Translations under genes and position numbers: made by a program
The notes under the pieces: model-generated
What the model was told of the DNA's origin: nothing
Databases searched by the model: none
What the model saw: the letters and a program-made list of their open reading frames with translations, nothing else
Origin: Candidatus Hadarchaeota archaeon
GTDB taxonomy: Archaea; Hadarchaeota; Hadarchaeia; Hadarchaeales; JAGGTB01
Reading direction: 5' to 3'
NCBI GenBank assembly: GCA_964510375.1
Contig: CAZEBR010000001.1
Coordinates: forward strand, 37,207 to 101,206
DNA length: 64,000 nt
Shown: positions 18,487 through 27,300 of the stretch, piece by piece
How positions within the stretch are numbered: the stretch's first letter is position 1
Layout: every line of letters begins with the position of its first letter

Positions 18487-19554
18487 TTAGAAAGAATATT
18501 TTTTCCTCCTCAAAAGGTAAATGAAGAAGGGAACTCCCGCCATCGCCGTTATTATCCCCACGGGCAGATCCTCGGGTTGTAGCGCGACGCGCGCGACCGC
18601 ATCAGCCCAGACCAGAAATATCCCGCCACCGAGTGCGGAAGCGGGTATCAGAATACGGTGATCCGAACCGATCAAAATCCTCATCATATGTGGTACGATA
18701 AGCCCCACGAATCCGATTATTCCGCTGACTGAAACCGCTGCCGATGTTATCAATGTTGAGAATATCAGTAAGGTCTTTTTCGTCCTTTCGACGTCGATAC
18801 CGAGTTGGTGGGCCTGTTCTTCGCCGAGCAACATGACGTTCAGTCCTCGGCTGAAGTAGTAGATTACTCCCGATCCCACGACGGTAAAGGGCGCGATTAT
18901 GAGGACGTGGGTCCAGTTTTTTGCCCACAGGCCCCCCATCGTCCAATAAACCATTCCGTGGAGGTCTTCTGCGCCCGTGTACATGATCAGACGCACGGTG
19001 GCGTTGAGGAAGAAGCTGACCGCTATTCCAGTTAGCAGGAGGACGCCTATCGGGAGTCTCCCTTTGATTTTGGCCACATTGTACACTAATAAAATGGCTC
19101 CCAGACCGAATAAGAAGCTCATAAATGGTTTGGTGTAAAAGCCGAAAAAGTTCAAATTAAAAGCAATCGATGATACCGCTCCGAGCGCGGCTCCCGATGA
19201 AACTCCGACCGTGTAGGGCTCCGCCATTGGATTTCTGAAAATTCCCTGAATCGTCGTTCCGGCAACTCCTAACGATGCTCCGACGAAGACACCGACGATT
19301 ACTCTAGGTAGTCTGACCTGTAGGACAATCGATTTAGCGCCCGCCGAAGAGGTTTCGGAAAAAAGGAGGTCCACGAGGGGGATCCGATTCAGTATAATTT
19401 TGGCTGAAAGAATCGGGGAGATTTCGTAAGGACCTATTGTAGTCGAGATCACTACAGTTAAGCAAAGAACTATAATTAGGGTTATGATTATCCAGCGCCA
19501 GTGGACCAGCCTTTGCCGCCAAATCTCCAGCGCGCTTTCCTTTTTTTGAGACAT
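18487..19554 (-). CDS. FecCD-family ABC permease (BtuC/FepD-like)
   Basis: 355 aa, ~9-10 TM, typical FecCD organisation; 11-nt gap to the downstream ATPase gene, same strand. Confidence 0.8.
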   Translation of the reverse strand: MSQKKESALEIWRQRLVHWRWIIITLIIVLCLTVVISTTIGPYEISPILSAKIILNRIPLVDLLFSETSSAGAKSIVLQVRLPRVIVGVFVGASLGVAGTTIQGIFRNPMAEPYTVGVSSGAALGAVSSIAFNLNFFGFYTKPFMSFLFGLGAILLVYNVAKIKGRLPIGVLLLTGIAVSFFLNATVRLIMYTGAEDLHGMVYWTMGGLWAKNWTHVLIIAPFTVVGSGVIYYFSRGLNVMLLGEEQAHQLGIDVERTKKTLLIFSTLITSAAVSVSGIIGFVGLIVPHMMRILIGSDHRILIPASALGGGIFLVWADAVARVALQPEDLPVGIITAMAGVPFFIYLLRRKKYSF

Positions 19555-19689
19555 TACAGTTCTTCCCTCTATTTTGATAATTTTCTGCTTCCCGAGCTTC
19601 GATCTGAATAAGAAGAGAGGAAAAGGGATACATTCTCATTGGCACCCCTTTCCGTCTCAATATGGAAGTAGTTGTTAGCAGTCATATGC

Positions 19690-20691
19690 CTACTCGCTCA
19701 CTTCTGGAATTTCTGTGTAGGAGAGAGAGGGTTTTTCGAACATGTCCGGGTGTAAGATATAACTCAGGACTTTAACCGCGTCTGCAAGCCTCGGTCCGGG
19801 CCGGCTGAAGATATTTTTTGGAACACTGTAGACTTGATTATCTTTAATTGCTTCGACCTCGCTGAAGCCGGGTGTATTTTTGACTTCTTCTACGGTCTTT
19901 CCGGAATGGGGAGGGACCATATAGAATTCTGGGTCCCGGCCGATCACTGTTTCCTTACTGACTGAAATATACCCTTTTTTGTCATCAAAGATGTTTTGGC
20001 CTCCACATATTTCGACTATACTGTCGATGAAGGTGTCGGAACCCATGGTGTAGATTGGGTCCCACCAGACTTGCCAGAATACTCCGGGTCTTTCGCTCGC
20101 GTCTAGATTCTCCGTTCTTTCTTCAACCTCTTGAATTTCCTCTCTCATGTTTTCAGCAATCTCTTTGGCGGTTTTCGAGGCCCCGATGGACTTTCCAATC
20201 GTTTCTATGTCGCTAATTGCATCGGGGATGTTTTCACCTTTGAAGCACAGGACCGGTATTCCGACCTGCTCGAGCTTCTGCACCCGAGATTTCGTGACCG
20301 ACTGGTATCCTCCTACGATGATCAGGTCCGGATTTGTACCGATGACCTTTTCGACGCTGGGCTTGGAATATTCCCCGATTATTTCCAAGCTGCCGTTTTC
20401 CTTTCCTTCTTCCACTTCCGGGGGATAGTCGGCGTAGCTATCCACTCCGACAACTCGGTCACCGGCTCCCAAAGCGAAGACTATCTCCGTGGTGACTGGA
20501 GTTATACAAACGATGTTTTCCGGCCTCCGAGTAATTTCGACGTTCTCTCCCCTGTCGTCCGTCACTGTTATCGGGAATTCAACACTCTTTTCCTCTTCAT
20601 TCTGCCCGCCGATAAGATTGTAAGCACCGACAGCTGAAACCACTAAAACGAGTACTATGGCGAGGTAGGCCGCTTTCTTTTTTCCGTCCAT
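19690..20691 (-). CDS. Periplasmic/extracytoplasmic substrate-binding protein (class III, BtuF/FepB-like) for iron-chelate or corrinoid ABC uptake
   Basis: N-terminal signal anchor AAYLAIVLVLVVSAVGA; binding-protein fold pattern; probable true start ATG at 20691 (ORF track extends to a TTG at 20724). Confidence 0.7.
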   Translation of the reverse strand: MDGKKKAAYLAIVLVLVVSAVGAYNLIGGQNEEEKSVEFPITVTDDRGENVEITRRPENIVCITPVTTEIVFALGAGDRVVGVDSYADYPPEVEEGKENGSLEIIGEYSKPSVEKVIGTNPDLIIVGGYQSVTKSRVQKLEQVGIPVLCFKGENIPDAISDIETIGKSIGASKTAKEIAENMREEIQEVEERTENLDASERPGVFWQVWWDPIYTMGSDTFIDSIVEICGGQNIFDDKKGYISVSKETVIGRDPEFYMVPPHSGKTVEEVKNTPGFSEVEAIKDNQVYSVPKNIFSRPGPRLADAVKVLSYILHPDMFEKPSLSYTEIPEVSE

Positions 20692-20718
20692 GCTGTTTGC
20701 CCTTTTGTTGGATTTTTT

Positions 20719-20734
20719 ATCCAACTAGTTGGAT
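20719..20734. promoter_or_regulatory. Perfect 16-bp palindrome ATCCAACTAGTTGGAT, candidate operator upstream of the ABC uptake operon
   Basis: Read directly; centred ~35 bp upstream of the ATG at 20691, in the only intergenic gap preceding the binding-protein/permease/ATPase operon. Confidence 0.35.
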
Positions 20735-20859
20735 AGTATGTCCAGCCTTTTTTAAGTTTTACCGGATTTATCCCGCGAAATTTGTTAAGTCACAAATTGA
20801 ATTTTCGACATCTGACTTCTTTGAAGCACGGAACAGAATCTCTGAGCTTTCGTTAAGGT

Positions 20860-21489
20860 TCAGAATCCGCGGGTTCTTCTCAAAACAAGGTAAAACCCAA
20901 GGGCTACAGGGATCATGACGAGCCCGATCATAATCCACTGAACTCCCGGAGAATCAATATTGGCAGAGGAGGGATCGGGATCATTTGTTGATCCTTCTGA
21001 ATTTTCTTTTCCGATCATGCTCAACAGCTCATTCTCGTGAATTATCCCAACATGGTAAGATTTGACTTGCCCGTTCTCGACCACGAAGGTTGTAGGCGTG
21101 CCCTCCACACCGTACTCTCGGGCAACTCCCGGGGCCTGAATTATAGGCCATTCGAACTGGTAGTCAGTTTTGAATTTTTCAAGATCTTCCCTCGAGTAGT
21201 ATGACCCTGTTTCCACAGAGAGAAAACTCACACCCCTACTTTCGGAAATTTCGTTCCTTGCCTTTTTCCATTCGTCGATCTCTCTCTGACAGGGCTCGCA
21301 CCCAATGTTCATAAAGTTTAGAATCAGAGTCTCGTTTTCATAATCCTCAAGACTTACCGACTCTTCCTGGGTCTTGACGGTGAACTCTGGAGCTTTTTCG
21401 CCGACCGATGGTTTTTCCAAAGCCCGCACGGTCGGAGTCGAGAGGAAAAGGACCACCATGGCCAAAACGCAAAAGATTCTTTTCTTCAA
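20860..21489 (-). CDS. TlpA/ResA-like thioredoxin-fold thiol-disulfide oxidoreductase with C-terminal membrane anchor
   Basis: CEPC active site in redoxin fold; signal peptide; C-terminal PGV + hydrophobic helix + RRTRGF tail; probable TTG start at 21489 with GGAGGA RBS (ORF track start 21540). Confidence 0.6.
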   Translation of the reverse strand: MKKRIFCVLAMVVLFLSTPTVRALEKPSVGEKAPEFTVKTQEESVSLEDYENETLILNFMNIGCEPCQREIDEWKKARNEISESRGVSFLSVETGSYYSREDLEKFKTDYQFEWPIIQAPGVAREYGVEGTPTTFVVENGQVKSYHVGIIHENELLSMIGKENSEGSTNDPDPSSANIDSPGVQWIMIGLVMIPVALGFYLVLRRTRGF

Positions 21490-21543
21490 AACTATTCCTC
21501 CTCTTTTTCTTAAACGAAACCTTTCTTTTAAACACCTCAATCC

Positions 21544-22692
21544 TTACAGGGTCGTGAAAAGGTACAGGCTCAAGGCAAGGATCACGAGGCCGGAGACGAG
21601 CTCCACACGCTCCCTGTTATCCCTCCACCATTTCTTCGCACGAACCCTCTTACCCGACAGGAAGCACGTCCCGAGCAAGATTGCTAGAAACGGAATTATG
21701 AAAATAAAATTGTAGAGGAGCAATAACGGCACTCCCAAGATGGGAGATTTTGAAATGAAGCTGATGGCCACGAAATAAGGTCCAGAGGTGCACGGGAGCA
21801 GTAACAGGGACGTGGCTAGGCCGAAAATGAAAGCTCCCAACATCCCCTCGTCAAATCTTTCAAGAAGACCTCCGGAACCCATCCCCTCTTTGGCCTTTTC
21901 GCTAAACGAGTCCGGAGTCAGTGTAATTCCGTGATTGAGGAAATAATTAGAAGCCTCCAACAGACCGACTGCAATTCCAAAAACCACGACGAGATACCTG
22001 ACTCCCGGAACCGTGGACACTATCTTCCTCAACCCGAACCCGAGGCCGAGATAGGTCAGGAAAACTCCAAAAACAAAACAAAGGCCAAGTTTCAGAGGGG
22101 AGGAGAGCCGGATGGCGACAACCGTGAGAAACACTAAGAACAGGGTTAGGGCGCACGGGTTTACAGAATCGGCGAAAGCAGCCGTCACCACGGGAAGGAG
22201 CAGACTCGTGAACGTAGGGCTTTCCGGATCCACTTCTCGAAGGAACAGTTTTTCCACGTACTCGGAATTCTTCAACCGGTTATTCTCCCTATTATAGTAG
22301 GCACGTTTTTGGTCGGTCGGTTGATTTTTCCAAAAATTTTCGTCAGAGAAAAGATCACAGTACCCGCCGGTCACAATCCTTAACTCCCCATCCTGAAACA
22401 CCCCAACTAGGGGTGTATCCCCCCGCCTTCCTGGAAAGACCGTCGAGTAGATCCCGTCAAAATATTTAGAATTTGCATTTTCCGAAAGGGAATAGAAAAC
22501 TATAGAACTCTCCCCGTACACGTCCTCCAACGTCTTTTCGACCCTCTCGCAAGAAGAGCAAAACTCGTCACCAAACACCACCACTTTCGAACCAGATTCA
22601 CCTCGAGATCCGGCCCCAGCGACAGGTAAAACGAGCAGAGAAACCAAGAAAACCAACATGAGAGTGGATACGATTTTTTCCCGATTTATCAT
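21544..22692 (-). CDS. CcdA/DsbD-family transmembrane thiol-disulfide transporter fused to N-terminal thioredoxin-like domain
   Basis: CSSC motif in N-terminal soluble domain; CcdA-type TM core with conserved NPC and LPCTSGP cysteines; start probably Met at 22692 (signal peptide MINREKIVSTLMLVFLVSLLVLPVAGAG). Confidence 0.6.
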   Translation of the reverse strand: MINREKIVSTLMLVFLVSLLVLPVAGAGSRGESGSKVVVFGDEFCSSCERVEKTLEDVYGESSIVFYSLSENANSKYFDGIYSTVFPGRRGDTPLVGVFQDGELRIVTGGYCDLFSDENFWKNQPTDQKRAYYNRENNRLKNSEYVEKLFLREVDPESPTFTSLLLPVVTAAFADSVNPCALTLFLVFLTVVAIRLSSPLKLGLCFVFGVFLTYLGLGFGLRKIVSTVPGVRYLVVVFGIAVGLLEASNYFLNHGITLTPDSFSEKAKEGMGSGGLLERFDEGMLGAFIFGLATSLLLLPCTSGPYFVAISFISKSPILGVPLLLLYNFIFIIPFLAILLGTCFLSGKRVRAKKWWRDNRERVELVSGLVILALSLYLFTTL

Positions 22693-22833
22693 TTTATCCC
22701 AGTTTATGTCCTCGAGTTTCTTTTCCAAAATGATACTAATAAGGTTACAAAAAATCGAAAAGAACTTTGTTTTTGTTATGGGTGTAACAAAAATTAGACT
22801 AGGCCTCAAACGAAAACTGTTTATCTCTCAATT

Positions 22834-23115
22834 CTATTTTTTGTATGCGTTTTTTCTGTGAAAAATGGATAAAAACCTGATCTCTCCACCCAAGATGTCG
22901 AAAAATGCTCGATAATCACCGATCCTTAATCTCCAGACACGCTTTTCGGGAATGTATTTTGTACTACCGTGCTGTCTCGGGTCGATAGAATAATCGTTCA
23001 CTTGTTTACCGAACTCTCGAAGTTTTTTCAGAACCCTCTCCCTGGTCTCGCTCGGCAGTTTTTCAAGATTTTCGTCAAATTTTTGAGTACGGGTGAGTTT
23101 AAAAGAGCTCGTCAA
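22834..23115 (-). CDS. RelE/ParE-family type II toxin
   Basis: C-terminal ..RVWRLRIGDYRAFFDILGGEIRFLSIFHRKNAY pattern; likely TTG start at 23115 overlapping antitoxin stop by 17 nt (ORF track start 23181). Confidence 0.5.
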   Translation of the reverse strand: MTSSFKLTRTQKFDENLEKLPSETRERVLKKLREFGKQVNDYSIDPRQHGSTKYIPEKRVWRLRIGDYRAFFDILGGEIRFLSIFHRKNAYKK

Positions 23116-23317
23116 GCGGTTTCCCCTCTTGCTTTCTAGCCTCTTCGATATCCCGTTTTGCCTTTTCAGAAAGCTCGGCATCTTCGACCTTTCGAAGTAG
23201 AGATCTTAGAAACTCGCCTCTAGAGGTAAACCTCCCCGATTCTACCGCCTTGTCGATCCGTTCGATCTGTTCTTCCGTCGCTTTAAAGCTCACGTTTTTC
23301 GTCTCGGACATTGCCAC
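23099..23317 (-). CDS. Ribbon-helix-helix (CopG/RHH) antitoxin
   Basis: 72 aa; N-terminal beta-strand plus two helices (VSFKATEEQIERIDKAVESGRFTSRGEFLRSLL); immediately upstream of and overlapping the RelE-like ORF. Confidence 0.55.
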   Translation of the reverse strand: MAMSETKNVSFKATEEQIERIDKAVESGRFTSRGEFLRSLLRKVEDAELSEKAKRDIEEARKQEGKPLDELF

Positions 23318-23454
23318 ACACCTTCAAGTATTCTATACGATACTTTAGTAATAAAATCTTTTTTTTGGTTTTTGTTGATCAAAAGTGTTCCACTTATACT
23401 ACACTTCTAAAAACACATATTGAAGAAAAAAGGACCGATAGGAGGTGAGACGCT

Positions 23455-24271
23455 TTTGGACAACAAAGTAACCTATGGAGTAATACTAACTATTGTAGTA
23501 ATGATAGCAGGAATTAGCACCTTTGTAATAATCCAAGGAAACAACCCCAACGACACCGAGGACCCTATCAAAGATCCTACAGACAACCAAAACCACATCG
23601 ATGATAATGAAAATGTTGAAAACGAGACCGTCCAGTTCAAATACGTCGTTTCCATGAAGTACACCGACAATAGAGAAAACATACCGAGAGAAGGTCTATC
23701 CATCTATACCCCAATGCCCTTTTTGTGGAGCCCCGATGAAAACATCTTTCAGCATGTTGTGAGGACTGTCGAAAAAAATGTGAAGAGAGTGAAGAGCATC
23801 ACTTGGAAGATTTGGAAAGATAACACTTTACAGATAGAGAATGGTCACGTTAAAGAACTCATAAGTCCGAGAGAACAGAACGTGGACAATTTTTTTAATG
23901 TAGTAGGGCTTGAATGGTCAGGACGGCTTGTATCTACTCTTGCCAAGGAAAACTCTCAAGTAATGTACGAAAATGAAGTACTTAGAGTGAAAATTCCTTT
24001 CAAGGTATCAAAAGAAAATTCAGACATAGTAAGAATACCAGGCGTATTCTTAAACGAAAACCCTAGTAAGATTTCAGGTGAAATTAAAACCTTCAACGTC
24101 AGAAAGGAAGATAATCATCTGACAAATGAGGAGCAGCTCTATCCAGGGAAATGCCGGTCGGTCGTAAAGTTGTGCAGAAAAGAAAACGGGATGTATAGGA
24201 CTATCGAAAAGTACGTTGGTAAACAAACCAGCTCAAATGAATCCACTTTTATACTAGAGAGAACCGAGTGA
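23455..24271 (+). CDS. Hypothetical N-terminally anchored extracytoplasmic protein
   Basis: GGAGGTGA RBS 6 nt before TTG at 23455; TM anchor VILTIVVMIAGISTFVIIQG; AT-rich coding relative to neighbours; no recognisable domain. Confidence 0.4.
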
Positions 24272-24349
24272 TAAACACCTTATTTTTGCCGTTTTTTTAT
24301 ATTGTTTCTTATTTTCGAGTTTAAAGAGGTAGTAGAAGACGGGGGCGTA

Positions 24350-27300
24350 CTAACGTTCGTATTCTGGAGTTGTAATCTTTTTATACTCTTTCCAATCGTA
24401 CTTCGCAGATCCCGGCCAGGGCGGACTGGGGGGAGTTCCTGGATCAGTAACGTACTCATCTGGATCCCCCCACATGTATCCCATGTCAACATCGTCATGT
24501 CCGTCAAGATTGTAATCGTTTACAATGTTCCAGAAGGATTCAAGCACTTTCTCGTTCGAAGCCTCGACAACCCACGGTGTCGGAACAGGGCTACTGTAGG
24601 AAAGCTCTCCTGACGAAATTGGGGTATGAGACTCATCCATAGATATCAACATGTAGCCTTTGTACGTGTGAGTGACGTTTTCGAGATCCTCAGTATAACC
24701 CATACTATTCGTCCTCATGTATCCTCTCGTTATACTCTCACCGAGACCCTTGTTGATCAATTCGATGATATCGGAGGCAGCCCCTTGTTCTGACAGTTCA
24801 TCTTCTGCTAAATTTGATTCGATATATCTTATTATTTTCACTTTTACGCCATCATAATCCCAATACTCGTAAATTTTCACATCACCCGAAATCGATCCAG
24901 GACTGTTGCACAGATAAAATGTGCGGCCTATAAGTTCTGAACTCGATCCTAAATTTGAGCTGCCTTCCCCATCCGTGCCATCTCCTTCTTTGAAGTGTGC
25001 GATTCTCGTCTCGTCTTTGACAATTTTGAAACTGATCGATTTTCGAGTGCTTTTATAGTCGCTGGTGGGGTTGCCGTCCGTCCACTTTTCCCACTCTCCC
25101 TGTGGGTGTGCGGTGAGTGTGACTTTGTTTCCGAATTTTACCTTGTAATTGTCTCCTGCGGCTTGGTTTATTGTCTCTCCCGTTTTGTGGTTCTGGTACT
25201 CTACAGTTCCCGGGCCTTTCTTTCCAAGCTCAAGCTCGTACTCGGCCTGGTAATAGGCGGTGAGGGTTGCTGATTCTCCATTATCGACCGTGACCGTATC
25301 ATCGACCTTTAAAAGTTCGTACTTGGTGCCGTTCATCGTGAACTTTTGGGGCGGGTTCAGCGTGTAAGATCCTGTCGGTACTGGGTAGGTTTGCCCGCTT
25401 TCACCCGTGAAGGGTTGTTCCCCGTTCACGTTCATGGCGTTAAGGCCGAGAGTTTCGCCGGTTCGATTGTCTTTCGCTAGAATGGTGAGGTCGGCGCTTC
25501 CCGGCATGGGTGCTTTGACCTGTCGAGTGTCCAAGATTTCGGTTGTCGTTTCCGGTGATGGTTTGTCGCTTTGAAGGTTCAGGTTGTAGTTTTTGGACTC
25601 GCTCCACACTGTACGGGACTGTGGCGGGTTTGAGGGTGTTCCGATGATCTCTACCGTGTGTGTCGATCCGGTCATTTCGGGATTGGGCTGTACCTTCACG
25701 GTTTTGGGGTTATAGCACGCGTCGCACACTTGGCGACAGTTTTCTTCGACAGTTTCTGTACACGTGTCGTAGCACGTTTCGCAAACTTGGTGACAGTTTT
25801 CGACGGTTTTTGTACAGTTATCGTAACACGTGTCGCACTCTTCGTGGTGGCTACAGCCATAAAGAGCGGAATTGCACTGCCGCCCGTCACAGTCACACTC
25901 CCAAGAATTAGGTCCCCAACTGCAAATGCACACTTCTTCACAGTTACAATCGTGCGGGTTGCACTCGTAAGTGACCGTGGTGTTTTCGCACTCTTCGTGA
26001 CAGCACTCGTGAGGGTTACAGTCATAGGTGCGCGTTGTAGTGTCGCACACCTGGTGACAGTTGCAGTCGTTCGGGGTATAGGTGGGTGTGTGTTCGATCT
26101 CCACCTGCATGCTTCCTTCCGAAACTTCCGAGAGATCGACCGTCCCGCTGTAATTGTTCTTGGAGACGACATCGACGGTGACGCTTTCCGAATTCCAGGG
26201 ACCCGCCTCGTATTCTTGTTCGTATTTTTTCCGCCTGACGAGGTTTTCTACCCTGCGCTTTATCACGCTCAAAGTTCCCGACTTTTCGATCACTGTAGCG
26301 TATTCGCCTCCATTGTTTTGGGCGAACTGTTCGGCTTCAGATTTGTCCAGGAAGGCTTCCGTCCGGAACCACGGGTCGAGAGAATCATATTCGAGGGTTC
26401 CCGAACCGTTCTCGGAGGATACGTGGAAAGTGACATTTTGAACTTCTTCGTGTTCTCTGGCGCTCTGATACTCGGAATAAGTGCCCGTTTTGGTGGTGGC
26501 TTCATCCCATTCTAACGCCCAGTCTCCAGTGCTTAAAACTTGGCGATTGTCGGTTATTTGCCCGGCGTTGCCAGCTTCGGATTTTTTATCGAACCATTCG
26601 GAGTGGTGTGTGCCTTCTTCCCATTCTACTCTGTAATCGTATCCTCCTTCCCAGTGGCCACCGGACACCCACTCGTACTTGTAATCGTAGGTCCAGTTAT
26701 TGCATTCGTCTTTTTCAGTTTTCACGAGATTTCCACTTACGACGCTGCTACTGTAACTGTCCTGCCACCAGGTATCGGTGCAAGTGTCATAACAGGTTTC
26801 ATAGCAGGTGTCGTAACAGGTATCATAGCAAGTCTCGCACTTTTCGTGACAGTTACATTCGTAGGATGAATAACAAGTGTCGTAGCAAGTATCGCAAACT
26901 TCGCCACAGTTACATGAGTAAGTAGAGCTGCACGTGTCGTAGCAGGTATCGCACTCTTCGTGACACTCTTCCTCCTGCCAACAAGTCGTGTATGCGCATT
27001 TGGTTACGGTTTCACAAACCTCGTGACAGTTACAATCGTGCGGATTACAGTCGTAATAGGTAGTACACGTGTCGCACTCGGAGTGACAGTTACAGTCGTG
27101 GGGATTGCAAGGGTATGATCGAGTGCACGTGTCGCACACTTCGTGACAGTTGCAGTCATGCGGGTTGCAATCGTGAGGGTTACAATTGTAAGGATTACAA
27201 TCGTGTGGATTGCACTGGTAGGATTCTTCGAATTTGTACTTGTAGTCCCATTCTGTGCACTCGTCTTTTCTAGTATTGACGAGCGTAAGGTCCGAATAAG

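Noticed and set aside
25658-26925. Several long ORFs on the plus strand and alternative frames (25658-26515, 25696-26172, 26540-26869, 26608-26925 etc.) inside the giant gene
   Set aside because: They are antisense or out-of-frame shadows of the 24350-28336 CDS, kept open by its repetitive, low-stop codon composition. Their translations are low-complexity (runs of V/T/R/C) and have no start context.
25720-27230. Repetitive DNA considered as CRISPR array
   Set aside because: Repeats are imperfect, in-frame codon-level repeats within a continuous ORF with no uniform repeat-spacer periodicity and no cas genes nearby.
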